Assembly: GCA_013239625.1 (NCBI GenBank)
Contig: MU053475.1
Location: forward strand, 24,516-88,515
Origin: Lama guanicoe
Taxonomy: Eukaryota
Length of the DNA stretch: 64,000 bases
Reading direction: 5' to 3'
Below, piece after piece: positions 25,080-40,118 of the stretch. Under the pieces are notes generated by a model that saw only the letters and a program-made list of their open reading frames with translations, ran no database searches and was not told the origin of the DNA. Numbering within the stretch: position 1 is the first letter of the stretch; each line of letters starts with the position of its first letter. The position numbers and the translations under genes were made by a program.

Positions 25080-28000
25080 GTCTCACTTTATGGTGGAAGA
25101 TAAACACAGCCAGGAAATAGATACAAAAGATATTTCATGGAAATGACAAGAAAGTGCAGATTGCAATGCTCAAATCATACAAAATACATTTTAAAATAAG
25201 GGTCACAATGAAAGATAAATATAAGAATAATAAAGAATAAGAGATCAATATTAAAAAAAGAATATTACACTCATTAATTTATATATGGATCCAAAAGTGT
25301 AGATCATATGTATAAAAAGATATATTAGTAAACGTGAAGTAATTAATTCATTATAAAACAATAATAGTGGGTGAGTATAATACCTCACTATTCTGATGGC
25401 CAGATCACCCAGAAAGAATATTTTTAAGGAAACAGAGGTCTTAATAACATATTAGATCATTTGAACCTAAATGAGTTATTGGACACTGGATCTGAAAAGG
25501 AGAACACATAAGCTTCTCAAGTGTGCACAGGATGTTTCTAAGGAATTAACCACAAATTATGTCATGAAATTAGCCTCAGGAACTTTAAGCAAATATAGTT
25601 TACAGAAAGTATTTTTCCATAAAAAAAGTATGAAACTATGCATCAACAATAAAAAGAAGAACATGAAAAGCACCAACATGAGATTAAACCACATCCTTTA
25701 AAAAATAAAATAAAACAAGGTCAATGATGAAATCAAAGTGGTAATAAAATCATACCTCTGAACAAATTACAAGGAAAACACAGCTTCATAAAAGGTATAG
25801 GATGCAGCAAAAGCAAATCTAAGTGGGAAGTTTAGAACAATTCAGGCCTTCTACAAGGAAAAAGAAAAACCTGACACAAAGGACCAAGCTTACCTCCAAA
25901 AATAACTAGAAATAAAAACAAACAAAACCCAAAGGCAGAAGAATGAGAAATCTTTAATGATTAGGTTGAAAATAAATAAAAAATTAAAAAATAAATTAAA
26001 TGTCATAAAATCAAAAGCTTTAATTTTTCTTAAAATTATTAAGAAACTGATAAGCATTTAGCCAGGCTTATCAAGAAATACAGAGTGGACACAAACAAAA
26101 TAAGAAATGAAACAGTTGAAATAACATCTGATATTGCAGAAATGCAAACAAAGATTATGAAAGCACTCTGAGCAGTTACGTGACAAAGAACTGGACCTTA
26201 AAGAAATGGACAAATTTCTTGAAATGTACAGCCTGCTAACACTGAATAAAGAGAAAACAGTAAACTTGAAAAGAGCAATCAGTATAAGTTAAATAATATC
26301 TATAATTTTAAAAACACCCCTTGAACAAAATGCCTGGATGCATTCACTAAAACCTCTTTCCTCCCAACTATTTCAAAAAATGAAGGAGGAAGGAAAATTT
26401 CCACAGTTATTCTATGAAGCCACCAATACCATGAAAACAAAACCAGTCACAGACACTACAAAAAAAATGAAAATGTAAAGCCAAAATCCTTGATGAATAT
26501 ATATTAAAAAATCCTCAACAGAACATCAACAAATTAATCCAGGAATACATAGAAAGGATTATACACAATGATCAGTTTGATTCCTTCCAGAGTCACAAAG
26601 ATGGTTCAACATACACAAGTCAATCAGCATGACACAAATTTAATATGGAAGGACAAAATTCACAGGACCATGTCAATACACACAGAAAAATCATTAGACA
26701 AAATTCGACATACATTCATGATCAGAACTCTCGTGAATGTGATTACATTGGGAACATCTCTCAACATACTAAAGGCAATTTATAACAATTTATAATACTC
26801 AGGGGAAAGGCTGAATGTCTTCTGGGTAAATTCAGGAACAACACAAGTATTCCTATTCTCAGAACTTCTGTTCCAGAGTAAAAGAAGAAAAGAAAGGAAA
26901 GAAAAAGAAGTAAAAGAAATGCCAAATGGAAAGAAAGAGGCAAAATTGTCACCATTACTGATGACATAACAATCTACATAGAGTCCTAAGTGCTCAACAC
27001 AGACTATTATGAACAATAAATAATTTCAACAATGGAGCAGGGTACAATATTAATGTAAAGAAGTCTCTTGCATTTCTACACATTAATCATGAGATACCAT
27101 AATATGGCCATTGAAAGCAATACTATTTAAAATCCCATCCCACCGAACATCTTGGAATAAATGTAACCATATATATGAAAGACCTACACACTGAAAATTA
27201 AAAAAAAATTGACAAAGAAATTAAAAATGACTCAAAGAAATGAAAAGATGCATTGTGCTCTTGGATTGAAGGAGTTAATATTGTTAACATGGCCGTACTA
27301 CACAAAGAAACCTATAGATTTATTGCAATTCCTGTTACAAAGCTGTAGTATTTCACAAAGAACCAGAAAATAAATAACTCTACGTTTTACATGAAACCAT
27401 TAAAAATTGCCAAAATGGTCTTTAGAAAAAACAACAACTCTGGAGGTATAAACCTGCCGGATTCCTTTGTATACTATAAGCCTACAGAAATAAAAACAGC
27501 ATGGCATTGGCACAGAGATACAATCAATTAAAACAGATAGAGAGCCTAGAAATAATTCTACACACCTATGAGTAATGAATCAATGCTAAAAGAGGCAAGA
27601 GTACACAATGGAGAAAAGACAGTCTCGTCAATGAATGGTGTTGGGAAAGCTGGACATCTACATGTAAAACAGTGATATTAGAGCATTCCCAGACATCATA
27701 CACAAAAATAAACTCCAAGTTTATTAAGGACCTAAATGTAAGACCTGATACTATAAAACTTTCAGAATGTTATATAGGTGTTACTCAATTGGATATATAT
27801 CATAGGAACATTTTCTCATATCAGTCTTCTAAGGTAAAAGAAATAAAATCAAAAATAAGAAAGTGAGACATAAACAAACTTGAAAACTTCTGCACAGCTA
27901 AGGACACTATAAATGAAATGAAAACATTGCCTGTGTAATTGGAGAACATATTTGCAAACATTGCAAGTGACCAGGGGTTAATAGATGTAGGTTAATGGAT

Positions 28001-28743
28001 GTAAAATGGATTTAGGTTACCCAACTCAATATGAAAAAAAAATACCCCAATAAAAAAATGAGCAGAGTACCTTAGTTAATATTTTTCCGAAGAAAACATA
28101 CAGATGAGTAATAGGCAAGTGATAAAAATGCACAACAATAATAATTATTGGTAATTGCAGTTCAAAACCACAATGAGGTATCATTTCACACTGGTCAAAT
28201 GGCTATTATCAAAAAGTCTTCAAATAGAAAGTGTTGGAGATGATGTGGAGGAAACAAATCTCTTGTATACTTTGGTAGGAATATAAATTGGTACAACTTC
28301 TATGGAAAACAGTATTCAGATTTTTTAAAAAGTTAAAATAGAACTACCATATGAAACAGTAATACCTCTCCTAGGAGAAATCTCGGGAAAAACATTAAAT
28401 TGAGAAGAACCAATGTTCACAACAGCACTGTTTATAATATGCAAGGCACGGAAGCAATCCAAGAGTCCACTGTTGTATATGGACTTAAGAATATGTGATG
28501 TTTCTATAAATATGCAATGGAATATTACTCAGCCATGAAAAAGTATAACACATTGCTATTTCAGCATCATGAATGAGCTTAGTAAATATTGTGCTTAGTG
28601 AAGTAACTTAGACAAAGACAAAAGTAAATAATATAATTTATATGTGGAATCTAAATAATAACAAATATCTGGGTACATCTATTTATAGATATCTATTGAT
28701 AGATGACAGATCAATAGATACATAGAAAGATACATAGATACAT

Positions 28744-28790
<47 letters not shown>

Positions 28791-29172
28791 TGATAGATAG
28801 ATTATAGATGATAGATAGATCAATAGATAGATAGATTGATTGAGATGTGGTATAGAGATAGAGAGATTAGATAGACAAGACTGAAGCAGACTGAAAGATA
28901 TGGAAAAAATTTATGTTTACCAAAGAGGAAGGGAAAGAGTATTTAATGGTAGGACATTGACAGATGCAAAGTAGTATACATTAAGGAGATAAGCAACAAG
29001 GATAATCTGTATAGATCAGGGAATTATACACAATAACATATAATAATTGTATGTTACAATTATTGTAATAAATTATAATGCAATATTATCTACAATGTGG
29101 TTGGAATCACTATGTCGTACATATGAAACAACACAATATAGTACATCTACCGTACGTCAATTAAAAATAAAA
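25080..29172 (+). mobile_element. Degenerate LINE-1 ORF2 and 3'UTR
   Basis: ORF2 remnants (YTKINSKFIKDLNVRPDTIK at 27672); 3'UTR ends 'ttaaaaataaaa'. Confidence 0.85.
28680..28876. repeat. (GATA)n microsatellite with degenerate flanks
   Basis: Perfect core at ~28744-28789; shorter and more degenerate paralog at ~63230-63352. Confidence 0.95.
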
Positions 29173-29399
29173 CATCTCATGTATAATTTAGTCCTTTTTC
29201 CACTGATAGCATCTTCCTTTAATATTGTTTTATTTTCACTCTTTTCCTTTTATGAATACTGACTCAAATTATTTCTTTCACTTTTGTGAACTTCATACCA
29301 GATTGATGTATCTACATTTATTGCAAATGATTTCCTATTTTCCTCTCTTTAATCTGTATAGAATAGTAGCATTTAAAAACATACCCAAAGAAACAGTTG

Positions 29400-30320
29400 C
29401 AACTTTCTCGTGGTCTCTGCTTAGTATTTTATTCAATATTTTGTGTATTTTTGCCATTTTATTCTTTTTAGAAGAGCTCTTTTCTGCAACTCTTGTAAGG
29501 AGTCTCGGTTTTATTTTTTATCTCATTCAGGTTTTGTTTGTCTGGTAAAGTTTTTATTTTCACTTTATACCTAAGTGATAACTGTGCAAAGTAGAGTATT
29601 CTTTGGTGAGAGATTTCTTATTTCAGTATTTTGAAAATGTCATNNNNNNNNNNNNNNNNNNNNNNNNNNNNNNNNNNNNNNNNNNNNNNNNNNNNNNNNN
29701 NNNNNNNNNNNNNNNNNNNNNNNNNNNNNNNNNNNNNNNNNNNNNNNNNNNNNNNNNNNNNNNNNNNNNNNTTGCATATCACTTGAAGGAGGTCTCTTTG
29801 TCTTAAAGTTATTGGTGTTTTCTTGGCTCACACACTTGTATATCAGTTCCTTACCCATGTTTGCGAATTTATCAACTATTACTTCTTAAAATAAACCATC
29901 AGCTGCCTTCTAACTTTCTTCTCCATCCAGAATTTGAGTCTAATGTGCACTTCTGGAAGAAGTCTGATGGCTATTGTAGAATTTCCTCACTTTTCAATAT
30001 CTTGTATCTCTGCCATCTCCTTTCATTTCCAGTTTTGTATTGGTGAGTTTGCTAAACTCTCTTCCACAAAGACAGTCTTCTTCCAATGCTTTCTGTTGCA
30101 TTCTTCATCTCATTTACTAAGTTCATCTGGTCCTCCAATAATGTTTCGTTATTTTATAGTTTCAATCTCTTAGGTAATGTGTATCTTATCATCATTTATT
30201 TTAATCCAGAGCTGAGTAAGCTGCTTTCTGGGTTTTGTTCTTTGTATTGAGTTTCTGTATATGTCTCTGGATCCCCTATTAGTTATATGGCAATATTCCA
30301 TGACTTTAAGTTTGCTGAAG
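29400..30320 (-). mobile_element. Old L1 ORF1-region fragment
   Basis: Antisense ORF1-like motifs ('gtagagtattctttgg', 'gtatatcagttccttaccc'). Confidence 0.55.
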
Positions 30321-30329
30321 TGTTGAAAT

Positions 30330-30428
30330 TGTGTGTGTGTGGGTGCGTGTGTTTGTGCGTGTGCCTGTGCATGTGTGTCTGCATCTGTGTCGATGTCTGT
30401 GTGTGTGTATCTGTGTGTGTGTGTGCGC
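30330..30428. repeat. Degenerate (TG)n repeat
   Basis: Read directly. Confidence 0.85.
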
Positions 30429-31429
30429 TATAATGTTACTGTGATTGGTCATGATTTTAGTAAATTTTTGCTGTGATGACGCTAAATAACAGATTAGGAG
30501 TTGGAGTCTTTCCTTTTGTTATCTGGTAGTTTGCAATATTGCACAAATTTTGGTTTTACTTACCTGATCTACCTCTGATAATATATCAAATTGGCACTTT
30601 CCAGTCGCTACTTCTTGGATAAAAGATGTGGTTTCATTGTAACCTCTTAGAATTCTATGGAGGTTAATGCCACTGTTGTCACTGGGACAGCAAACCCTTC
30701 CTTTTATTTGATATCCCTTGAGACTCAGTGTACACATTGAAGAAAGGTGTAAACACAGGTGGGTAGTTGGATTCAGGCAAGTGCCTTTGCCATGTCCAGT
30801 GTTGCAAGGTACCTTGTCTCCACCACTTTGAATGGGGAGTAGGGACAGTGTCATGAATGTCTGAGTGTCTGAAAGATGGAATTATTGTCTCCATTGTGGC
30901 GCCCTCCTAGTTACCTGTGACCATGTTTACTGGTGAACTTGGAGGCTAAATCTGTGTGAATCACTGAGACCCTGTATCTACTGGGTACTCTGAACATGTG
31001 GGCTCAGATGCCCTAGTCAGTGGGCTTTGGACACAGGCAACAACCCGTCTCTTCCCTCAGTTCAGCCAACTTTATGTGTTTTAGCCCACCAAACCTCATC
31101 TGTACACATGTGTTCTGGAGTATTGTTTTGTGTTGTAGTTATTTTTGTTGAGATGTGATCCTTTCACTGACTGTTGATTTAAGGGGAGAGACAGAAATAA
31201 TTTTAACATATATTACTTTTTCAAAAGCATATGCTTTTTCATTTAAAAGCTTAAATTCTACTATGGAAATTTTAAGAACAGTAAAGAAAGTGAACAAATC
31301 ACCTCCCTTAATATCAGAGTTCTACACAATATTTTGTTTTTCCTGGGTTCTTTTCTTCAATGCTTTTCCCACATACATGAACATTTTACTATAATATATG
31401 ACTGTAATCTCTTTAAAGTCATTTAATAT

Positions 31430-32990
31430 ATTAAAATATACTTCTGTGCTGTAAATACAGCTCTGTTGCTTCTCTAATTTATAACTAGTAGCTTGCACAT
31501 TTCTGTCTTCTCCATCCTTCTACCCTGTCCCCACATGATACCACTACTTAGTATACTACACATATATATGTGATTCTGTTTCTATTTTTTATGATTATTT
31601 CTCTTATATCTTTAGTTTCCTCATGTAAATGATAATGTAGAGTGTTTTTCTCCATATGACTTATTTTCCTATGTGTAACATTGTCTGGGTCCAGTCACAT
31701 TGCTCCGAAAGGCAGAATTTCATTTTTTGATATGACAATGACTAAGTATTAATTATGTTATCTATATTTCACATCTACTTCAGCCAATCATCCGTTGATG
31801 GGCATTTGAGTTGTGCATCTATCCTTGGCTATTATAAATGATGATGTTAAGAACATTGAGGGTAATATATCCTTTAAATTTAATGTTTTCATTTTTTTCA
31901 GATTTGTACCAAAACTTGAATTGTTGCAAGAAATAAAGTTTCTATTACAAATTTTATGGACACTCTCCATACATTTTTTAAAGTGGATGCATCTATTTAT
32001 ATTTCCACCAAAATTGTACCTGGGTTCACTCTTACAACTTTCTTATTAATGTTTGCCATTTGAAGAATTTTATTAATAACCATTTTGGTTGCTGTGAGAT
32101 TATATTTCATACTGGTTTTGATTTACAATTTCCTAATGAATAACAACATTACGTTTCTATTTGTGTGAATGAAAATCACCCACATGTGTGTTTTTGAAAA
32201 GTTTCCATGAAAATCTTTAAACTGTCTTTAACTTGTGGTCTTTGTTTTTAAATATTGAGTCTGATATGCTACATATATATAATTGATAGTAACAAAATGT
32301 TGGTTTAATTGTCTGAAATTCTTCATTCTATTCTGTGTGCTGTCATAAGTTTTGCTGAAGCTATCATTTGCTCTGCAAAATGTTTCGCACTTCACACTTA
32401 TACAAGAAGTGGAATCTCAATATCACATAGTACATCTATTGCTTCCTCGGTAAATTAAAAATTGTTATTGTTAGTTTTCCTTTTTTTCTAATTAGGAGAT
32501 AGATCAAAAATAAATATTGCCTTGATTTATCTCAAAGTCAGTTCTGCTCCTGTTCTTGGTCAGAAATTGTATAGTTTCTGGTTTTCCATTAAGGAAATTA
32601 ATCCATTTTTATCTTATTTTATACATTATGGAAGGAAGTTCTCTTACACCTTAATTTTACATGTACTGTCCAGTTTTCCCAGAACTACTTGTTGAAGAGA
32701 CTGCCTTTTTTCCATTGTATTCTCTTGCCTCCTTCATTGTAGACTAATTGACCATATGTATGTGGGTTTATTTTAGGACTCTTTATTTTGTTCCATTGAT
32801 GAATGTGTTTCTTTTAGTGCAATATTTTGATGTTTTCATTAGTGTAGCTTGTAGTATGTTCTAAAGTCAGGGAGGATAATACCCACAACATTGTTCATTT
32901 TTCAAAGATAATTTTAGAAAATTTGTGCATTTCATATTTTTGTATAAATTTTAGTATTTGTCTCCTTGTTTTGTGAAGAAACTTATGGAT
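31430..32990 (-). mobile_element. Old L1 3' fragment, antisense
   Basis: 'catccgttgatgggcatttgag' and 'gttgaagagactgcc..ccattgtattc' motifs. Confidence 0.75.
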
Positions 32991-33049
32991 TCTGTGAGAA
33001 TAGAAATTTACTAAAAATAGAAACCTAGGAAAAATAGTAAAGTGTGGAG

Positions 33050-36000
33050 GATAAATTATACAATATTAACCAACAAATGGATTGCTGTATAAATCAAAGA
33101 AAAATATATAAAGAAATATGACTACAAAAACAAAGTCCATGGGGTATAGCCAAAGGAGTATTAATAGGGAAGCTTAAAGCAAAATAATCCCACTTATACA
33201 AAAAAGAAGCATCTCTCTTATATAACATAATCTTACAAACAAAAGATGTAGCAAAATAATAAACAAACTAGTTATTAGAAGGAAAGACAGCTGAAAGGTC
33301 AGAACATAAATTAATAAAATAAAGATTAAAAATAGAAACATCTAATCAAACTAAATAATGCCTTTTGAAAGAAAAATAAATTCCATTGATAAACTGTAAC
33401 TAGACTCATGAGCAAAATAGAGAGTACAGATTAATAATCTCCAAAATAAATGAGAAATTTCAGCTTATATCAATGTAACACAAAGCATCATAAGAAGACA
33501 CAACAAATTATATGCCAATAAAAATGGAAAACCTTGAAGAAATGGACAATGTCTTAGAAACACTTAATCTCCAGGATGGAATGAGAAATAGGAAATATGA
33601 ACAGATTATCACTAATTAAATTGAATAAGTAATTAAATAAAATCTCCCATGAAACAAAATTCCAGCCCTAGTCAGCTTCACAGGTGACTCCTGCCAAACA
33701 TTAAGAGAAGAGCAATCAAAAATATGTCTCAGAGAATTCCAAAATTTTGAAGAGGAAGGAAGGATTCCTACCCCACCTATCTGTATCACACTATTAATAA
33801 AACTGGAACAAATACCTCATAAAATTTCTGGTTAAATACTACTGATAATCATAGATGCAAAAATCATCACTAAAATTTTAGCAAAGCAAACAATACATTA
33901 AAAGGTTTATACATTATGATTAAGTCCATTTCCTTCCAGGCATGCAAAAGTAATTCATTACCCAGAAATTAATTAATATGATACACCACATTAACATTTT
34001 GAAGAATAAAAATTATATGGTCACCTAGAAAGAGTCATAAAATAGTGTGACATATTCAGTATCTATTTAAGATTATATTTCTCCTCAAAGTGGGCATAAG
34101 GAAACATACTTCAACACAGTTAAGGTTATATATGATAAGAACTCATCTAACATGATACTCACTGATTAAAAGCTGAAAGCATCTCCTTTAAGAGCAGGAG
34201 GAAGACAAGAATGCTCACTCTTACCACTATTATTAAGTATCATATTGGAAATTCTAGACATAGCTATCCAAAATAAAAGTAAATAAAATATAGCTCTTTC
34301 AGAAAAGGAGTAAAAGTATCTGTTTGCAGATGAAATACTTTAAACAGAAATCCTAAAGAAGATGCCACAATATTACGAGGGCTTATCAATGCATTTGGTA
34401 AAATTTCAGAATGTAAAATTAACATACAGAAATCTTGCATTTCTTCACACTAACAACAAGCTAACAGAGAAAGTAAGAGAACTGTATCATTTACAGTTAC
34501 ATTACAAAAAAAAAATCAAGGAATGTATCCATCCAAGGAGGTAAAGGATCTATACTCAGAAACCTATAAAATATTTATAACACAAATTGAACATAATGCA
34601 AACAGATTAAAGGATATACTCTGTTAATAGATTAGGAAAAAACATTGTTTAAATGACAGTACTAGACAAGAAATTACACAAATTAAATTAAGAGCCTTTT
34701 AAAATACCAAGGGCATTTTCAGACACTTAAAATAAATAATTCTTAAATTTACATGTAAACACAAAAGAGTTGAAATCACAGAAAAAAGAAAAGGAAAGAA
34801 AACAACCAAACTAAAAACACAAACAACTTTGACATGCTACAAAGAGGATGTATCACTGTCCCTATTTTTAATCTATAATACAAAGCAACATTACTAAAAA
34901 GAATATGGTAGTGGCACGGAAGAAACAGAATAATGGAATACAACACAATGCCTAAAACTGAAATCAGAGAGTTATGGTCATATAGACCATTATAAAAATG
35001 AATATTCAGTGGGGGGAAAGTAACAAACAGGCACATGAAATCAGTAAATATAACTAACCATCTGAAAAATGCAAGTCCATAACACAATGAGATTTTATGT
35101 CAGTCCTGTCAGAATGACTATTATCAAAGAGATAAAAATACAAGTTTTGGTGAGGATGTAAGAAAATGCACCCTGATTCACTACTTCAGTGAATGTAAAT
35201 TTGTGCTGCCACTATGGAAAACAGTATGGAGTTTTATCTAAAAATTAAAAATGAAATATGACCCAATATTTCCATATCTGGATACTTATTACAAGAAAAT
35301 AAAAACACTAATCAGGAAAGAAAAATTCAAACCTATATTCACTGTGACATTATTTACAATAGGAAGGATATAGAAGAAAATTAATTGCTCATCAATAGAT
35401 GATGGGTAAAGAAGATGTGTGCTTATAGTATATATATCAAACCATCTATTAACTAGAGAATTATATATATATAATATATAAACGCATTAAATATATATAT
35501 AAATATATCTATATAATTCAGTGGGTTATTACTTAGTTCTAAAAAGAATAATTTCTTGTCATTTGCAACAAATGGGTAGACTAAGAGTGTAATACGCTAA
35601 GTGTAATAAGTCAGACAGAGAATGACAGATGCTGAATGGTTTTACACATATTTGGAATTTAAAACAAATGAACATAACAAAACAGAAATGGAGATATAGA
35701 TAAAGAAAGAAACAGGTTGCTAACAAGAAGGAGGGAAATGTGGTGAAGAAAAAGAAATAGTTGAGGATAATTAAGAGAGAAAATTTTCCAGTTGCAAATT
35801 AAACAAGTCAGGGACAAGAAATATACAGTATGGTGAATAGTCAATAACTATGAAATATTTTAAATAGCAAAATATAATAAATAGATTTAACATAGTGATC
35901 AGTTTTAAATGTATTAAAAATAGCAAACAGTATGTTATGTAAGAGAAACAAACAGTTTTATACATTAAAGTACACTTCAAAAACAAACATAGTTATAGAA

Positions 36001-36370
36001 AAAAATTAGATTTGTAGTTAACAGAGTCGGGGTTGGGAAAGGAAAAATTGATTCATGCAGTCAAATGCTACACACCACCAGCCGAAAAATAAACGTGTTC
36101 TAGGGATGAATCATAGTAACATGAAAATTACAATTAATACTGCTTTATGTTCTATATGAAAGTTGTTAAGAGAGTAGACCATATGTTTTCCTATCACAAC
36201 AAAAAGACAAATTGTATTTCTTTAAAATTGTATCTAAATGAGATAATGAATTCTCCCTAAAGAAGCTATGATATTTATTTCATGATACTTTTAAATCAAA
36301 TCACTATCCTGTGAACCTAAACTTACACAATGTTTTATGCTAATTATATCTCAATAAAAGCGGAAGGAAA
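33050..36370 (+). mobile_element. Old LINE-1 ORF2 and 3'UTR
   Basis: 'tttgcagatga' (FADD remnant, ~34323), 'agacaagaatgctcactc'; 3'UTR ends 'tctcaataaaagc'. Confidence 0.8.
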
Positions 36371-39300
36371 AATGGAAATTCAAAGGTCATTTTTTACCAT
36401 GTTATTTCTCATGATTGTTTTTGCAGTAAGTAAACTTGAGTCATGATATGTTTATCGTAGGTAAAGATAATAATAAATAAGTGATTCTAATAAATTATGC
36501 ACAAAGATAATAATAAAATTAGTGCTTTACATGCCTTAAACTTTCTTCATGTTAACAGCCCACTCTTTTGCAGGCATCAAAATTTCACTCTGTGTATTCA
36601 TCTGAGATTAGGGAATGGATACAAATTTAACCAAGGCTGCTCTCGCTCTGAGTGGCAAAGTTCACTGTCTGTGACCGATGGTCTCATCTTCCTGATATCA
36701 TCTGTAGGAAATGAATATGCAAGGTTGCTAAAAATCTCAGTATGGTAAAATCTCAGAACTCCTTCAATTCTTAACTGTCTTGCAATGGGAATGCAATACT
36801 GACAAAGACTACATTTTGGAAAACAATGTGGTGTTTTCTCATGGTTGCATTAGAGGATATGAGGATAATCCCTGGGATCCAAAACAATAATTCTTGCTCA
36901 AGTGCTGGGCAAAGAAGTGTAAAGTTTCTGCATTATTAGGACAGAGAACTGCTTTCAAAATTATGACTGCGCTCACTCTATTCCAGGTAGTCATAGGAAA
37001 GAAAGGTTATTGCAATTTCTAAGTGAACAGGAATAAGTCAGTGGTTTAGTCTCTATAAATTAGTCAATAGGTGTTCAAAGCCAAAATAAGTTGTGTCAAC
37101 AATGAAAATAAGAGAAAAAATTAGACCTAAGCTTAAATTAAAAAGGAGACACAGTCCTGTGCTGTGCTCTGGGGACTGGAAAATGTATATGCCTCAGTCC
37201 AATTCAGGGGATCAGTGGCTTGGCCCTAGTATCAGCTCGGGATTCAATGAACAGATAACAATTAGAATACTGGGAAAAATATAATCTTTCTCTCCCTGAT
37301 CTGAAGAAAACCTGGTGGTTTAATGAATCTCTTATTTCATAGAGATTCTGCCACATGCAGAGGAATAAATCACTGATGACTCAACTAAGACAAACTTAGT
37401 TACAGCTTAATAATCCATCTTCACACACACACAGTGGTAGACAGATTTGTAGTATTTAGTGGGAAGAATTCAGTGGGCAGAGCTCAGAGTATAGTTTTCA
37501 AACACCAGCCAACTTTTGGACTTTTGCAAATAGTCTAGCTTTTCCCGGGTAGAAAATTACAGATGGACAAATAATATTCTTCCTTAGAATTTCTAATTTT
37601 GAAATTAAACTGCAGCTTTTGACTTAACAGTATAGAACCTTGTTAAGATGATCACGGTAAGACACACTGTCTGATAAGAGAGCTGGAAACTGGCTGCTGA
37701 ACCAGCCCATTTGAACCCTTGAATGCTAATGTAAGCAACAACATTTCCACCATTAGTGTTGGGTTGACAAACTAAGAAGCTTGATGTTCCTGTTGTAGGA
37801 ACAGCCACTGCTGTCCAGACAGAGTTCTCCTGCTGCAAGTGGGCTCTTTTCTTCTCTTGGTAAAGGTCATATTGCTGGGATGTTGCTAGAGAATACCCTG
37901 GCCAATTTGCCCATTCTCCAGATTATCAAAGGCTTTCTTCACAACTGATGACACAGTTTCAGGACTCTATGATGCCATTTCAGTCTTATCAGATGACATT
38001 GGCTGCATCATTGTGAGAAGAAGCCTTATGCTCCCTGACCTTGCCTACAATTTTCCAGCATATCTTGGCATTTCACATTCTGAAAATGCTTCACCGTTTA
38101 TTTTAAATCAATGGGAAATAGTCAAAGTCTTCCATGGATATTTTATATTTCCTAGTATCTGCAGAAATTTGGTATTCTTGAAGTTGGACAAATTTTTAAT
38201 TCTACCATCCTTGCCTCCTAGTAGTCCACACATTTTAGACTGCAATCTGGTTACTGAATATGACCACCTCATCCAAGGGGCTAATACCTCTTAGATACTT
38301 ACTGTGTGAATGTTAGAATCGGCACAAGTTATGTGGGGTGTATAAACCTACATTAAATGTTTGCAATGGCACTGTCTCTTCTGGACAAAGCTCTGATTCT
38401 AAGAAGTAAATTAATTAGAAGTCAGTAGGTTTATTGGTATGTGGAAGAGAATCAGATAATTTGGGGTGGGTGGGTGATGAAGAGACAGGAAAAATTCCAG
38501 CAAATGAGAATGGAATGCTTTAGGCCTCTGGAGGCATGAATTAAGAAGAAAATAATACTTTGTCTCTTTACCTACTTCTACTTACTATCTTGAGTGACTA
38601 GTCCTTGGGCTATGAAAACAGCTAGTTTATGGCAAAGAGTAAAGAACATAACAAAATTGTTTGAAATCCATGAGAGTTTTGTTGTTTCAGGAAAGAAGAT
38701 TTTGCTTTAAGTCAACATGCATTTTTCATTCACTAAATACTAAAATGCATCCTGTGGCATGTGCTGTGCTTAGTGTCCTGGTATCCATATCAGACAGGGA
38801 AAGGGGAATAGACAGAAAAATTCTAAGTAGGTAAGAGGAGAACACCCAAAGTCGAAGGATGAGTTGTTGAAATGTGGTGAGGTTGCAGCTAAAATAGCTG
38901 ACAAGCATTTGCCTGCATGGATCTCCAGATAAAGTGAAACTTAAAGAAATGCCAAGGTAGTCAGATGCCAGATTTATAAAGAAATGACTAAATTAAGTTG
39001 AGTTGTGGTCTTAGATTTGGAAAGGTATTAAGAGACACCCTGCGGACGTAAGCTTGTCTTTGGCTGGAACATAAAAGCAACAGAAAGTATTGACTAGAAA
39101 ATATAGTGTAGACACTTGAGGGCAGGAATTGAAAGTAACAATTGGAATGCTTTGAGAACAGCACAAAGAAGATCATAGATAAAATTACTTCTTATATTCT
39201 ACCACATGATATATGTGCCATCTGAGACTACGTCATGTGACATTTATGATTCCAGGGATGACATTACAGAGACCATGATCCCTGGGCAGGTTCCTGCATT

Positions 39301-39640
39301 CATCTCCTGTTCCAACCTATCCTTACTTAACACTTTTAACACTTTCCCGGATGAACCAGAAACCACTTAGTACTTTTTCCTCTCTCCATGTTTCAGTCTT
39401 TTTCCAAATTCTTCCATTTTCTCATCTTCCTTACAAGAAATTATTTAAATTTACTATCATATTTTTCCATCAAATGATCATATCAATAAAATATCTCTTT
39501 TTTCTTTAAATGGTAACTTAGTCTCCCTTTTAACTCTTAATTCTATTTAAAAATTAAGTAAAGAAAATAGTGGTTCACAAGTATGTTTATTGTTCAAATA
39601 AGAAACTTGCAGATATTTGTTGACATTTGCCAACATCAGT

Positions 39641-39646
39641 TTTAAT
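39641..39646 (-). terminator. Candidate HSFY polyadenylation signal (ATTAAA)
   Basis: Lies ~40 nt after the ancestral stop and is conserved in copy A at 4795-4800. Confidence 0.4.
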
Positions 39647-40118
39647 CTTTGTTATCCTGCATAAACTAGAAGTCATCTGGTAGATCAGTTGTAATTGGGA
39701 TGACGTTCATAAACTGAAGATGGTTGATGAATTGTCGTTGAAAGAAGGGTAGCTGATGTATCAGATATCACTGGCACTGGAAACCGTGTGTTGCTCCCTT
39801 GTTGAACTTGAGAAAAATGACCTTTATTCGCAGATATGTTGTGATATCTATTTGGAAAATTAGAAGGCTCCAACATCAGTCCATTATAATTGCTCAGTAT
39901 GGGAGACAAGATGCTGTACTGAGAAGTAGAATTTGTAGTTGTAATGAAGTTCAAAACATGGCCATTTGCTTCAGTGTAGCTGCTTTGAGAGTGCCCGTTG
40001 ACAGTGGTCAACTGATTTAAAATAGCACGTTGATCCACTGCAATTTGTTCTGGTGGTCTTACTGACATTGATGATGGAGGAGAAAAATCACCTCTGATTG
40101 GGTTATTTATATCACCTA

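Larger units (their letters stand above)
1..35470 (+). repeat. Tandem segmental duplication (amplicon) unit A, ~35 kb
   Basis: Colinear match to 35470-64000: ~45 'tgggttattac' matches ~35522; HSFY ATG 6481 matches 41364 (offset 34883); LTR 14909 matches 49701; ~29500 matches ~63975. Unit boundary is arbitrary because the array is head-to-tail. Confidence 0.95.

Noticed and set aside
31430..36370. Twin-priming inversion at the minus/plus L1 junction near 33000
   Set aside because: The plus-strand piece overlaps the minus-strand piece in L1 coordinates and has its own 3' end, so these are two separate insertions.
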